From an uncultured bacterium (GTDB lineage: Bacteria; SAR324; NAC60-12), in contig CBFIGY010000001.1 of the NCBI GenBank assembly GCA_965662235.1, forward strand, positions 64,001-128,000: a stretch of 64,000 bases of DNA, read 5' to 3'. Of this stretch, positions 39,095-50,178 are shown piece by piece. Each line of letters begins with the position of its first letter. Within the stretch, counting starts at the first letter, position 1. Both the position numbers and the translations under genes were made by a program. The notes beneath the pieces were generated by a model. It was not told the DNA's origin. It searched no databases and saw only the letters and a list, made by a program, of their open reading frames with translations.

Positions 39095-41173
39095 TCAGAC
39101 GTCCTTCATGCTCAGCTGCAGCTTGCCCCGCTTGTCGAGGCCCATGGCCTTGACCGTCACCAGGTCTCCTTCCTTGAGGACGTCGGAAACGTTCTTGACG
39201 CGCTCATTGGAGATGTTGGAAACGTGCACGAGGCCTTCGGTGCCCGGGAAGATTTCCACAAAGGCTCCAAAGTCGACCACTTTCTTCACCGGACCGGTGT
39301 AGGTCTCTCCGATCTCTGCCGTCCGGGTCAGGTTCTGGACAATTTCCAGTGCGACATCAACCGCCTTGTGGTCACGGGACGAGAAAGAGACCACGCCGTC
39401 ATCGTCGACGTTGATCTTCACACCCGTCTGCTCGACGATGCCCTTGATGACCTTCCCGCCTGGGCCGATCACGGCACCGATCTTGTCCTGCGGAATCTTG
39501 TGCGTCACAAAACGCGGAGCAAAGCCGGACAGCGCCTGACGCGGTCCTTCGATCTCCTGATTCATGATGCCGAGGATGTGCATCCGGCCTTCTTGTGCCT
39601 GATGCATGGCCCGCTCAACGATTTCCTTGGTCAAGCCCTTGATCTTGATGTCCATCTGCAGAGCCGTGACCCCATTTTCCGTCCCGACCACTTTGAAGTC
39701 CATGTCACCAAGGTGATCTTCGTCTCCTAAGATGTCCGACAGGATCTCAGACTCTCCAGTGGATTCGTCGTAGATCAGGCCCATGGCGATTCCGGCGGCG
39801 CTGCGCTTGAGCGGCACACCGGCGTCCATCAGTGCCATAGAACCGGAACAGACGGTGGCCATGGAAGAGGAACCGTTGGATTCCAGCACTTCAGCCACCA
39901 GCCGGATGGTGTAAGGGAAGGCTTCCTTCGTCGGCAGCAGCGGGCTCAGTCCGCGCTCGGCCAAGGTGCCGTGTCCAATTTCGCGGCGTCCCGGAGGGCG
40001 AGGGGAGCGGGCTTCTCCAACCGAGAAGGCAGGGAAGTTGTAGTGCAGCATGAAGTTCTTGAAGGAGACGCCTTCAATCGCATCCAGCATCTGCTCGTCT
40101 TCACGGGTGCCCAGGGTCGCCAGCGACAGCACCTGCGTCTCTCCACGTGTGAAGAGTCCGGAACCATGAGTCCGCGGAGCCACCCGGGTTTCACAGGTGA
40201 TGGGGCGGATGTCCTTCGGACCACGTCCGTCAATGCGGAGCTTGTCCTTGAGGATCGCCTCGCGCATGCCGTGCTTCTTGATCTCTCCGAGGATTTCCTT
40301 CACTTCCTTCTGCTGGTCGGCATCGGGCTGCTCTCCCAGGACTTCCGAAACCACTTCCTCGGCCAGGGAGTCCATGCGTCCGTAACGCTCCTGCTTATCC
40401 TTGATGCGCAGTGCCTCCTGAACCCGAGACAGCGCCACGCTTTCCACCTTCGCCTTCAGCTCTTCATTGACCGGCGGTGGCTCAATGACGCGCTTGGGCT
40501 TGCCGCAGCGCTTCACCAGCTCTTCCTGCATGGCAATGATCGGCTGAATCTGCTCGTGCCCGTACCACAGGGCGTCCAGCATCACGGACTCCGGAACCTC
40601 TTTCGACTCGCCCTCAACCATGAGGATCGCGTCTTTGGAGCCTGCCATGAAGATGTTCAGCTCGCTTTCCGCCAGCTGCTCAGGGCTTGGGTTGGTGATG
40701 AACTCACCATCAATGCGGCCCACCCGGATGCCCCCAATCGGATTGTGGAAGGGGATGTCGGACAGGCACAGCGCGGCAGAGGCGCCAATCATTGCTGACA
40801 CGTCTGACGGATTCTTCAGGTCCACGCTGAGCACGGTGGCCATGATCAGTGTTTCCGCCATGTAGTGGTCTTCAAAAGACGGCCGCAGGGGACGGTCGAT
40901 CAGGCGAGACGTCAGGGTCTCCCGATCGGTCAGCTTGCCTTCACGCTTGAAGAAGCCTCCGGGAATCCGACCGGCGGCATAGAACTTTTCAATGTAGTGG
41001 ACCGAGAGGGGAAAAAACTCGGCTCCGGCTCCGCTGCCCTTTGCAGCAGTTGCGGCCACCAGCACCATTGTGTCTCCATAACGGACCACAACAGAGCCGT
41101 TGGCTTGTTTGGCCATCCGCCCGGTCTCAATAGAGAACGGGGCGTTTCCAAACTGGGTTTCAACAACTTCCAT
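39095..41173 (-). CDS. pnp: Polyribonucleotide nucleotidyltransferase
   Basis: GRIPGGFFKRE, FTRGETQ, ESNGSSSMA, DHLGDMDFK, KH and S1 domains. Confidence 0.98.
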   Translation of the reverse strand: MEVVETQFGNAPFSIETGRMAKQANGSVVVRYGDTMVLVAATAAKGSGAGAEFFPLSVHYIEKFYAAGRIPGGFFKREGKLTDRETLTSRLIDRPLRPSFEDHYMAETLIMATVLSVDLKNPSDVSAMIGASAALCLSDIPFHNPIGGIRVGRIDGEFITNPSPEQLAESELNIFMAGSKDAILMVEGESKEVPESVMLDALWYGHEQIQPIIAMQEELVKRCGKPKRVIEPPPVNEELKAKVESVALSRVQEALRIKDKQERYGRMDSLAEEVVSEVLGEQPDADQQKEVKEILGEIKKHGMREAILKDKLRIDGRGPKDIRPITCETRVAPRTHGSGLFTRGETQVLSLATLGTREDEQMLDAIEGVSFKNFMLHYNFPAFSVGEARSPRPPGRREIGHGTLAERGLSPLLPTKEAFPYTIRLVAEVLESNGSSSMATVCSGSMALMDAGVPLKRSAAGIAMGLIYDESTGESEILSDILGDEDHLGDMDFKVVGTENGVTALQMDIKIKGLTKEIVERAMHQAQEGRMHILGIMNQEIEGPRQALSGFAPRFVTHKIPQDKIGAVIGPGGKVIKGIVEQTGVKINVDDDGVVSFSSRDHKAVDVALEIVQNLTRTAEIGETYTGPVKKVVDFGAFVEIFPGTEGLVHVSNISNERVKNVSDVLKEGDLVTVKAMGLDKRGKLQLSMKDV

Positions 41174-41449
41174 TCATTCCTCGTGCAAGGGATTGAGGCA
41201 GCACTCTGCACTGTCTTCCTGGCCCAAATTCGGTCAAATACGGGGTACGTTCAGGCATCCGGAAGTTACGAGAACGGTAGAAAGTTGGGAGGACCAAGAG
41301 GAAACACTAAAGGGGGCAGGGCAGTCGTGCTGCAGAACATGCGGGGATTGGATGACGCTTCAGGCAGAAGGTGCTTGAAGCATTCGGGTATAAGGGAAGG
41401 CGCCCCGCCATCGCGAACTCCCTCCCGAAACTGACACTCCGGATGCCAG

Positions 41450-41719
41450 TCAGCGGCTGCGAATCTGCAGGCGCTGGGTAATTGCGCTGAACTGAGCCGC
41501 GTCGCGGGACTTCAGGTAGCTCAGGAAACTGCGTCGCTGTCCGACCAGTTTGAGCAGGCCCCGTCGGGAGCTGAAGTCCTTCGGCTGTTGCTTCAGGTGT
41601 TCCGTCAGGTACTGGATGCGAGCCGTCAGCATCGCGATCTGCACTTCGGTAGAGCCGGTGTCGTTTTCGTTCTTGCCGAACTCTTTGATGATATTTTCTT
41701 TGTCTTCCTTCGTCAGCAT
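41450..41719 (-). CDS. rpsO: 30S ribosomal protein S15
   Basis: DTGSTEVQIA, SRRGLLKLVGQRR. Confidence 0.98.
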   Translation of the reverse strand: MLTKEDKENIIKEFGKNENDTGSTEVQIAMLTARIQYLTEHLKQQPKDFSSRRGLLKLVGQRRSFLSYLKSRDAAQFSAITQRLQIRSR

Positions 41720-41723
41720 CTAG

Positions 41724-42635
41724 TCAATTCTCCTGGAAAAACACCCGTTCGGGCTGAAAAGAGCAACACGCATCATCCCACATTAAGCGTCCAACCGCAA
41801 TGAGATTCTGCACTGAATCAATCGCTTTTGCTCGAACCTCCCGAACCCCTTCTGGATTCAGAGGCTGCGGCAGGGTCTCCAACGGCATCGAAACCGTCTG
41901 TCCACGGGAAAGGGCCACCAGATCAGGGCCTTCCACCGGCACGGTCAGCAGGTCCGTCAGCAGGTCCACCGGATGGAGCGCCGGCACCGATTCCGGTTGA
42001 TTCCGGAGGGCTTCCACGTCCACGGCATTGGCTTCCGTGAACCACGGACCGCAGGCAACGCGTCGGAGCTGCACCAAGTGTGCGCCCACCCCAAGCTGCT
42101 GGCCCCAGTCGTCCGCGATCGTCCGGATGTAGGTTCCAGCCGAGCAGTGCACCTGAAACGTCACTTCCGGCCCTTCCACCTGCTGAATCTGCAGCTCATG
42201 CACGGTCACCTCGCGGCTCTTTCGCTCCACCTCCTGTCCCTGACGGGCCCGCTTGTAAGAGGGCTGACCGTCAATCTTCACCGCTGAGTAAATAGGAGCC
42301 AGCTGCTGCAGCGTTCCCACAAACTGAGCTCCCGCCTCGCGGATCGCCGCTTCGCTGAGGCCACTGGGATCGCACTCGGCGATCACCTGCCCTTCGCTGT
42401 CAAACGTATCAGTCCGCTGACCCAGTCGCAGGGTCGCCACATAGGTTTTGTCCACGTGGTTGAAGTAGGGAATCAGGCGGGTCGCCTTTCCCAGAAAAAC
42501 CGGCAGCACGCCTGAAGCAAAGGGGTCGAGGGTGCCAAGGTGCCCCGCCTTCCGTTCCCGGAGGCGGCCTCGGACAAACTTGACCACATCAAAAGAACTC
42601 CAGCCCACAGGCTTGTCAATGTTGTAGACCTGCAA
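41724..42635 (-). CDS. truB: tRNA pseudouridine(55) synthase
   Basis: GHLGTLDPFASGVL, YSAVK, CSAGTYIR. Confidence 0.96.
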   Translation of the reverse strand: MQVYNIDKPVGWSSFDVVKFVRGRLRERKAGHLGTLDPFASGVLPVFLGKATRLIPYFNHVDKTYVATLRLGQRTDTFDSEGQVIAECDPSGLSEAAIREAGAQFVGTLQQLAPIYSAVKIDGQPSYKRARQGQEVERKSREVTVHELQIQQVEGPEVTFQVHCSAGTYIRTIADDWGQQLGVGAHLVQLRRVACGPWFTEANAVDVEALRNQPESVPALHPVDLLTDLLTVPVEGPDLVALSRGQTVSMPLETLPQPLNPEGVREVRAKAIDSVQNLIAVGRLMWDDACCSFQPERVFFQEN

Positions 42636-42640
42636 CCGGC

Positions 42641-43000
42641 TCAGGATCCTTCTGGAGGGAGGGCGTGTTGACGGATGAGGGCGTCAAGCTCTTCGCTGTA
42701 GTCAAAGCCCCCATCAAAGATGAAGTGCAGGCGGGGGGTGTTGCGCGTTTTCAGCGCCCGGCCCAGCTGAGCACTGAAGAAACCGGAGGCCTTGTTGAGA
42801 GACGCCTCAACCGCTTCATGCCCCTCGCTGGGAAACATGGAGAAGTGGATCTTCGCGAAGCTCGCATCCGGAGCCGCTTCCACACGGGTGATCGTCACCT
42901 TGGCAAACCGCGGATCCTTGCTCTCCCGGAGGATGATCTCCGAGAGCCGCCGATGAATCAGCGCGTTCTTGTTGGTCTTTTTACTGGAAGGCCGGTGCAT
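42641..43000 (-). CDS. rbfA: Ribosome-binding factor A
   Basis: KDPR, VTITRV, TPRLHF..D; between infB and truB. Confidence 0.9.
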   Translation of the reverse strand: MHRPSSKKTNKNALIHRRLSEIILRESKDPRFAKVTITRVEAAPDASFAKIHFSMFPSEGHEAVEASLNKASGFFSAQLGRALKTRNTPRLHFIFDGGFDYSEELDALIRQHALPPEGS

Positions 43001-43001
43001 G

Positions 43002-45695
43002 TCAGAGCTTGGCGGCTTCTTCAACACGTTCAAAGACCTCGACCACGTCTCCAACCTGAATCTCAGGGAAGTCCATGACGATGCCGCACTCGTAGTTCTG
43101 AGCCACCTCACGGACGTCGTCCTTGAAGCGCTTCAGAGAGGCAATGTGCCCATTGTACACCACCTTCTCGTTGCGGAGCACCCGGGCCAGGCCGTTTCGC
43201 GTGATCTTTCCATCCGTGACCAGACCCCCGAAGACCATGCCCTGCTTGGCGGTGCTGAAGATCGCCCGGATCTCGCAGTGCCCAAGGACCTGCTCACGAA
43301 TTTCGGGTGCCAGCAAGCCTTCCATTGCGGCCCGGACGTCATCAATGGCGTCGTAGATCACATTGTAAAGGCGGACATCGACCCCTTCGCGGGACTTGGA
43401 TTCCTTGCCTTTGGCATCTAGGTTGACGTTGAAACCAATGATGATGGCATCTGACGCCGACGCTAGGGTCACATCCGTCTCCGTGACGTTGCCGACTCCG
43501 GAGTGGATGAAGCGGACGGTCACCTTCTCAGTGGAGAGCTGAGAGATCGCGTTCTGGAGGGCTTCGGCAGAACCCTGAACGTCGGCTTTGACCACCACCT
43601 TCAGCTCGAGCTGCTCGTTTTCCCCCATCTGCGTAAACAGGTTCTCCAAGGTGGTCTTCTGCTGAGCGGTGATCGCCTGCTCCCGCTGACGCTGCTGACG
43701 TTCATCAGCCAACTGGCGAGCCGCTTTTTCGTCGTCTAGGACCACAAACTGCTCCCCGACTTCCGGAACCTCATTCAGGCCCGAAATTTCAGCAGGCAGC
43801 GCAGGCGTTACTTCCTTCACCGACTTGCCTCGGTCGTTGAACATCGCCCGGACCCGTCCGTACGTGCCACCGACCACAAAGAAGTCACCCACCTTCAAGG
43901 TGCCACGCTGCACCAAAACGGTTGCCACTGCGCCCTGTCCCCGGCTGATGCGGGACTCCACAATGGTGCCACGCGCGTTGCCTTTTGGAGTGGACGTTAG
44001 CTCCAGCACCTCGGCCTGTAGCTGAATCATCTCCAGCAGGTTGTCGATGCCGTCTCCCGTTTTGGCAGAAACGTTCACAAAGATGGTGCTGCCTCCGTAC
44101 TCTTCCGGAACCAGCTCGTGCGAGAGCAGTTCCTGACGGATGCGGTTCGGGTCCGCTTCCGGACGGTCCACTTTGTTGACGGCCACAATGATGGGCACGT
44201 CTGCCGCTTTGGCGTGGTTGATGGCCTCAATGGTCTGAGGCTGCACCCGGTCATCCGCCGCCACAACCAAGACCACTAGGTCCGTTACCGTTGCCCCGCG
44301 TGCCCGCATGGCCGAGAACGCCTGGTGCCCCGGGGTGTCTAGGAAGGTGATGTTGAAGCCACCGGCCTCCACGTGATACGCCCCAATGTGCTGGGTGATG
44401 CCACCGGCCTCGCGGTCAGCAATCTGAGTGGAACGGATGGTGTCCAAGAGGGAGGTCTTTCCGTGGTCGACGTGTCCCATGATGGTCACAATCGGTGCCC
44501 GGGACTCCATCTCGCCTTCTTCCGGCTGTTCCTCCTTCACAAGGTCTTCCAGCTCAAAGGCCTCAAACTCGACGTCAATGCCACATTCGGCTGCCAGCAG
44601 AACCGCGGTTTCTCCCGGAATGTTCTGATTGACCGTTGCCATGACGCCCATGGCCATGAGCTTCTTGATCAGTTCCGTCGCCTTGACGCCCAGCAGTCCA
44701 GCCAGCTCGGAGAGCGTGACCTGATTGCCGATCTTGATGCTCTTGCGACGTGGATTAAAGGTATGCTTTGGCGTGTCATCCACGTCAATGCCTCCGCGAC
44801 GAGCCTTTCCGGAACGTCCCCGGTCCTTCCGACGCCGGCGCTGGCTGTCGCCTTCATCACTGGAGTAGTAATCGCGGAACGGACGCTTCTTGTCCCCAGG
44901 CTTCTTGGCGTTGGACTTGACGTCCTCCTCGCTCTCGAGGTCCATCTTCTCGCGGTCCGGCTTTCCTGATTTACGATCCGGCCGAGCCGCTGGCTTGGCA
45001 TCTCGTTTGTCGGCACGACCCTTTGCTTCTGCAGCCGGTTCTGCTTTTGCCGCAGGCGCTGCAGCCGGCTTGGCCTTGGCTTTTGGCTCCGCTTTTGGAG
45101 CTTCTGGGGCCGGAGCTTCCACTTTTGCCGCAGGAGCTGGCGCAGGAGGTTCAGGGGTTGGCGCAGGAGGCGGTTCAGCAGGAGCTGCCGCCACTTCAGG
45201 CTCTGGAGTGGCCGGGGCTTCTTCAGCCTCTGTTGCCAGTTCCTTGACCTTCACCTTGACAGGGGCCTCATCTGCAGGCGCTTCTGCCGCTTCTGCTTCA
45301 GCAGGCTCCGGCGTTTCTACAGGGGCTTCGCTTTCCGGATCCACGCTCTTGCGGCGAATGCGACGGGGGCGCTCTTCTTCTCCGAGCTCCTGGACGTTTT
45401 TGGCCGTGACCGTGATGATCCGGGGTTTTTCGCCATCCCCTTCTTCAGCAGGGACCTCAGGCGCAGGCTCGCTGGTGCGCCGTGTCGAGATCACACGACG
45501 GGCAGTCCGCACTTTCGTCGGGGCTGTTTTCTTCTCTGGAGCCGCCATCAGCTTGCGGGCCTGGACCACTTGCTCATCGGTCAGATGATCAAAGGGTTTC
45601 TCAACGGCAATCCCACCCTTGCGGAGCTGCTGGACCATTTGTTTGGCGGGCAGGTTGAACTCTTTGGCCAGCTCAAACACTCGAATTTCCGACAT
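43002..45695 (-). CDS. infB: Translation initiation factor IF-2
   Basis: [28 protein letters not shown]. Confidence 0.98.
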   Translation of the reverse strand: MSEIRVFELAKEFNLPAKQMVQQLRKGGIAVEKPFDHLTDEQVVQARKLMAAPEKKTAPTKVRTARRVISTRRTSEPAPEVPAEEGDGEKPRIITVTAKNVQELGEEERPRRIRRKSVDPESEAPVETPEPAEAEAAEAPADEAPVKVKVKELATEAEEAPATPEPEVAAAPAEPPPAPTPEPPAPAPAAKVEAPAPEAPKAEPKAKAKPAAAPAAKAEPAAEAKGRADKRDAKPAARPDRKSGKPDREKMDLESEEDVKSNAKKPGDKKRPFRDYYSSDEGDSQRRRRKDRGRSGKARRGGIDVDDTPKHTFNPRRKSIKIGNQVTLSELAGLLGVKATELIKKLMAMGVMATVNQNIPGETAVLLAAECGIDVEFEAFELEDLVKEEQPEEGEMESRAPIVTIMGHVDHGKTSLLDTIRSTQIADREAGGITQHIGAYHVEAGGFNITFLDTPGHQAFSAMRARGATVTDLVVLVVAADDRVQPQTIEAINHAKAADVPIIVAVNKVDRPEADPNRIRQELLSHELVPEEYGGSTIFVNVSAKTGDGIDNLLEMIQLQAEVLELTSTPKGNARGTIVESRISRGQGAVATVLVQRGTLKVGDFFVVGGTYGRVRAMFNDRGKSVKEVTPALPAEISGLNEVPEVGEQFVVLDDEKAARQLADERQQRQREQAITAQQKTTLENLFTQMGENEQLELKVVVKADVQGSAEALQNAISQLSTEKVTVRFIHSGVGNVTETDVTLASASDAIIIGFNVNLDAKGKESKSREGVDVRLYNVIYDAIDDVRAAMEGLLAPEIREQVLGHCEIRAIFSTAKQGMVFGGLVTDGKITRNGLARVLRNEKVVYNGHIASLKRFKDDVREVAQNYECGIVMDFPEIQVGDVVEVFERVEEAAKL

Positions 45696-45729
45696 GATAA
45701 ATCAGGCTTGGACTATGGTTGAGCGTGTC

Positions 45730-47067
45730 TCAGTCTGCTGAGGTCGCTTGAATGGCTTCAGAATCCGTCGCATCTGAAGGGTCGGTCTCAGACACCTGAG
45801 GGGCATCCGTCTCATCGGTGGCATCCACGGCAGCCGACTCAGACTCAGACGGCTGAAGCTCGTCTGCGCCAGCTTCCGGTTCAGGCGACGGAGTGTCCTC
45901 CCCAGCAGGGGCCTCTTCCACCGGTGGCGTGTCGTCCATGGCAGGAGCCGTCGACTCGCTCGGCAGGGTTTCTTCTCGAGCCCGGGCGGCTCCCAGTTGC
46001 TGGCGGATCTGTTCCTCAATCGTCAGCTTCTCCTGTTCCGACGAGGTCACATTGATCTTGTAGCCCACCAGCTTGGACGCCAAACGAACGTTGACGCCTT
46101 GGCGGCCGATGGCCAGAGACAGCTGACTCGGGTCCACGACCACATGAATCTCACGTTCTTCCTCAAGGATCTCCATGGACTCGACTTCAGCAGGAGCCAA
46201 GGCGTTCCGGGCATAGGTGTCAATGTCGTCGCTCCAGCGCACAATGTCGACCTTCTCGCCGTGCAGTTCACTAACGATGGCCTGCACCCGGGCGCCTCGC
46301 AGGCCCACACATGCGCCAACAGGGTCAATGTCTTCATCGTTGGTGAAGACCGAAATCTTTGCGCGCTTCCCTGGCTCCCGGGCAGAGTGAATGATTTCCA
46401 CCACTCCGTCAAAGATCTCCGGAACTTCCATCTCAAACAGCTTCACCAGCATGCCGGGGTGCGTCCGGGAGACCGTCAGCTGCGAAGCCTTCTGCGGGTT
46501 GTTGTTGACGTCCAGCAGCAGCACCCGGATGTGATCGCCCTGCGAAAAGCGCTCCCCTGGAATCTGCTCCCGCTTGAAGAGGTAGGCCTCGGTCCGGTTG
46601 AGGAAGTTGATGGCAATCCGCCCGTTGGATTCCGTCCGCTGCACGGTTCCGGTGATGATCTCTCCCTTACGCTTGCTGAACGTCTCCACCACCATGTCGC
46701 GCTCGGCGTCCCGGATGTTGGAGAAGATGAACTGACGGGCAGAACGGGCAATCCGCTCCAGTTCCCGCTCCGGGATCTCGCACTCCACCTCGTCTCCAGG
46801 CTGAGCCTCTGGGTCCATTTCCTGAGCGTCTTCCAGAGCAATTTCGTTGTGCCGGTCTTCGACAACATCCACGACTTCCTTGAAGTGAAACAGCTCGATC
46901 TGCCCCGTCTTGGGATGGATGCGTCCCTCAATGGCAAGGTAGGGGAGTTTCTTCCGAGCGGCCTCCACCAAGGACTCTTCGAGCACGTGCGTCACGACTT
47001 CTCGATCGAGTCCTTTTTCCTTGGAAACTTCGTTGATGATGTCTAACAGGTTATCTTTCAAGGCCAA
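45730..47067 (-). CDS. nusA: Transcription factor NusA
   Basis: AREPG.RAK, DPVGACVG.RG.R, LSLAIGRQGVNVRLA; acidic low-complexity tail. Confidence 0.97.
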   Translation of the reverse strand: MALKDNLLDIINEVSKEKGLDREVVTHVLEESLVEAARKKLPYLAIEGRIHPKTGQIELFHFKEVVDVVEDRHNEIALEDAQEMDPEAQPGDEVECEIPERELERIARSARQFIFSNIRDAERDMVVETFSKRKGEIITGTVQRTESNGRIAINFLNRTEAYLFKREQIPGERFSQGDHIRVLLLDVNNNPQKASQLTVSRTHPGMLVKLFEMEVPEIFDGVVEIIHSAREPGKRAKISVFTNDEDIDPVGACVGLRGARVQAIVSELHGEKVDIVRWSDDIDTYARNALAPAEVESMEILEEEREIHVVVDPSQLSLAIGRQGVNVRLASKLVGYKINVTSSEQEKLTIEEQIRQQLGAARAREETLPSESTAPAMDDTPPVEEAPAGEDTPSPEPEAGADELQPSESESAAVDATDETDAPQVSETDPSDATDSEAIQATSAD

Positions 47068-47082
47068 CCTCGTTATTTGGGA

Positions 47083-47550
47083 CTAAAATGGTAGCTTCGG
47101 ATCCAGTCTCGCCTTGGAGATGGCCTCGAAGGGAATGCGAATGTGTGTGCCGTCAGGTTCAAGGGCGACCTCAATGCCGGTGGCGTCGCAGGACGCCAGG
47201 GTGCCTCCTCCCTTGCGAATCCCCTCCGTTTCTTGACGGAGGCGGAACCGAATGCGCTGTCCCTGGAAACGGTCGAAGTGCTCGCGGCGTGTGAGCGGAC
47301 GGAAGATTCCGGGAGAGGAGACTTCCAGGCGGTAGGCTTCTGGAATCGGGTCCCGCTCATCCAGCAGGGGTTGAACTGCATCATTGACTGCGACACAATC
47401 CTCAAGGCGGATCCCCGCCGGATGATCAATCAGCAGTCGGAGCACCCGACCTTTGCCTTCTTTTTGAAATTCAACCTCCAGCAACTCGAAACCCGCCTGG
47501 GTGACCAGGGGTTCCAACAGCTCGTGGAGGGCACCTTGTGTGATTGCCAT
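47083..47550 (-). CDS. rimP: Ribosome maturation factor RimP
   Basis: LEDC, YRLEVSSPG..RPL; first gene of the nusA operon. Confidence 0.95.
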   Translation of the reverse strand: MAITQGALHELLEPLVTQAGFELLEVEFQKEGKGRVLRLLIDHPAGIRLEDCVAVNDAVQPLLDERDPIPEAYRLEVSSPGIFRPLTRREHFDRFQGQRIRFRLRQETEGIRKGGGTLASCDATGIEVALEPDGTHIRIPFEAISKARLDPKLPF

Positions 47551-47807
47551 GGGTCCGGAACCGGGATTTGCGGCCCCGCAGTAGATTTGGCGAAATACGA
47601 CAAACGATCTTTATACCATACTTTTCCTCAGTTTGTCGATGATTTTTTCCGCTTAACTCCAGTGATTCCTTAGGGGTTTCCCCCTTAAACCAGCCCTCGG
47701 TGAGGGTTGCGCTTGCAAAAAATCGGTGTCTGACGGAAAGATACTCTTGGGAACCCACTGACTTGGATTCCATCTGCTTCCCTGACGCCTATGATTTAAG
47801 GAGATTC

Positions 47808-48728
47808 ATGAGACACCTGCTGACCCTACTGGACTGGACCCCAGAAGAACTGACCCAAAACCTGTCCCTGGCAGCAGAGCTCAAGCAGGGCGTCCGGGTC
47901 CGGGAGTTCCCCAAGCTGCTGGCGGACAAGCAGTACGCCTTGATCTTCCACAAGAATTCCTTGCGGACCCGGGTTTCCTTTGAGGTGGGCATTCGGCAGC
48001 TCGGGGGAGAATCCATGGTCCTCACGGAGCAGGACTTCAAGCTGGGGGAACGCGAATCCATTGCCGATGTAGCCCGGGTGCTGTCGCGTTACGTCGATGG
48101 AATCCTCATCCGGACCTACCACCATGAGGCTGTGCAGGAGTTGGCCCACTATGCTCAGGTGCCGGTGGTAAACATGCTCACCGACTTCAGTCATCCCTGT
48201 CAGATCCTTGCAGACGCTCTCACCATTATGGAGCACCGGGGCGCTCTGGAGCACACCAAGGTCGCCTACCTCGGAGACGGCAACAACGTCACCAACTCCT
48301 GGATCAACCTCGCGGCCCGCGTACCTCTGGACCTGCGAATCGGTACCTCTCCTCAAACCGAACCCGACCCGAAGCTGATGGAACAGGCCCGAAGCGCCGG
48401 ACTTTCCAAAATTGAAGTCTTCCACCGAGCAGAAGAAGCTGTGGAAGGCGCAGACGTGCTCTACACAGACGTCTGGGCCAGCATGGGAGAGAAGGAAAAA
48501 ACCGAGGAGCGCCGAGCCCTGCTCAGGGATTTCCAAATCAATGCAAACCTGCTAGGATACGCTGCATCAAACGCCTTGGTGATGCACTGCCTGCCAGCAG
48601 AGCGCGGAGTCGAAATCACCGATGAGGTCCTCGACGGTCCTCACTCCGTGATTCTGGACCAAGCGGAAAATCGCCTTCACGCCCAAAAGGCGGTGCTGGT
48701 GCAGCTCGATCGCTGGCACAGCGCCTGA
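47808..48728 (+). CDS. argF: Ornithine carbamoyltransferase
   Basis: SLRT, HPCQ, GDGNNV, TDVWASMG, HCLP; AAGGAG RBS. Confidence 0.9.
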   Translation: MRHLLTLLDWTPEELTQNLSLAAELKQGVRVREFPKLLADKQYALIFHKNSLRTRVSFEVGIRQLGGESMVLTEQDFKLGERESIADVARVLSRYVDGILIRTYHHEAVQELAHYAQVPVVNMLTDFSHPCQILADALTIMEHRGALEHTKVAYLGDGNNVTNSWINLAARVPLDLRIGTSPQTEPDPKLMEQARSAGLSKIEVFHRAEEAVEGADVLYTDVWASMGEKEKTEERRALLRDFQINANLLGYAASNALVMHCLPAERGVEITDEVLDGPHSVILDQAENRLHAQKAVLVQLDRWHSA

Positions 48729-48779
48729 CGTCACCCCGTTTGTTTGCCTCCCCCCATCCTCTCGAGACAGAAAGGAAAA

Positions 48780-50069
48780 ATGAGCGAAACCGCAATTTTG
48801 CAACTCCCGGGTCAAACCATTGAGCTGCCCATCCTGACCGGGACTGAAAACGAAAAAGCTCTCGATATTTCAAAGCTCCGGGCTGAGTCGGGCTACATCA
48901 CGCTGGACACGGGCTTCATGAATACCGGCGCCTGCCAGAGCGCCATCACCTTCCTGGACGGAGAGAGAGGCATCCTGCGTTACCGCGGATACCCCATTGA
49001 GCAGCTGGCCGAAAAATCGACCTTTGTCGAGGTGGCCTACCTGCTCATCTACGGCGAGTTGCCGAACGAGACGCAGCTCTCGAACTTCTCTCAGCTGCTG
49101 ACCCAGCACTCCCTCATCCATGAGGACATGCGGCACTTCTTTGAAGGCTTCTCCCGCAACACGCACCCCATGGTCATCCTCTCAGCAATGGTCTCCTCGC
49201 TGTCCGCCTACTACTCGGAAGCAAGCGGGCGAGCCTCCGTGAGGAACCTAGACATCAACACCGCTCGGCTCCTAGCCAAGATCCGCACCATTGCCGCCTT
49301 CTCTTACAAGAAGAGCATCGGCCAGCCGTTTGTCTATCCGCAGGACCGGCTTCCCTACGTCGCCAACTTCCTGAACATGATGTTCAGCGTTCCGGCCGAG
49401 GACTACGAAATTGATCCGGAGGTCGTCAAGGCCCTGGACCTGCTCCTCATCCTGCACGCGGATCACGAGCAGAACTGCTCAGCCTCCACGGTCCGGGTCG
49501 TGGGCAGCAGCATGGCTAACGTTTATGCCTCAGTCGCCTCTGGCATCCTTGCCCTCTGGGGACCGCTGCACGGCGGTGCAAACCAGGCGGTGCTGGAAAT
49601 GCTTTCCACCATCCACCGAGACGGCGGAGACGTTTCCAAGTTCGTCAAACTGGCCAAGGACCCAGACTCCGACTTCCGCCTGATGGGCTTTGGGCACCGG
49701 GTTTACAAGAACTACGACCCACGCGCCAAGATCATCAAAGGCGCCTGCGACAACGTCCTCCGTCGCCTAGGCGTCAACGATCCCCTCCTCGACATCGCCC
49801 GGCAACTGGAAGAGGTGGCGCTCTCCGATCCGTACTTCGTGGACCGGAAGCTCTACCCGAATGTCGATTTTTACAGCGGCATCATCTATCGCGCCATTGG
49901 CATCCCGGAGAACATGTTCACGGTGATGTTCGCCTTGGGCCGCATCCCGGGCTGGATCGCCCAGTGGAAGGAAATGCACGAGGATCCGCGCACAAAAATT
50001 TCCCGCCCCCGCCAGCTCTACACCGGGGCCACTTCCCGGGATTATGTCCCCCTGTCTCAGCGTGACTGA
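48780..50069 (+). CDS. gltA: Citrate synthase (type II)
   Basis: LHADHEQN.S, LWGPLHGGAN, GFGHRVYK, YPNVDFYSG. Confidence 0.97.
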   Translation: MSETAILQLPGQTIELPILTGTENEKALDISKLRAESGYITLDTGFMNTGACQSAITFLDGERGILRYRGYPIEQLAEKSTFVEVAYLLIYGELPNETQLSNFSQLLTQHSLIHEDMRHFFEGFSRNTHPMVILSAMVSSLSAYYSEASGRASVRNLDINTARLLAKIRTIAAFSYKKSIGQPFVYPQDRLPYVANFLNMMFSVPAEDYEIDPEVVKALDLLLILHADHEQNCSASTVRVVGSSMANVYASVASGILALWGPLHGGANQAVLEMLSTIHRDGGDVSKFVKLAKDPDSDFRLMGFGHRVYKNYDPRAKIIKGACDNVLRRLGVNDPLLDIARQLEEVALSDPYFVDRKLYPNVDFYSGIIYRAIGIPENMFTVMFALGRIPGWIAQWKEMHEDPRTKISRPRQLYTGATSRDYVPLSQRD

Positions 50070-50178
50070 GTTACCCTAGAACGCTAATTGCATTCCGGAG
50101 TCTTCTGAACTGAAATCAGGGATTCCGGAACCCGTTCCTCCATCCCCGAACCAGCATCATAACTGAGGAGAACATCCG

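Noticed and set aside
44990..45340. Ala/Pro/Glu repeat-like stretch
   Set aside because: Normal low-complexity IF-2 N-terminal linker.
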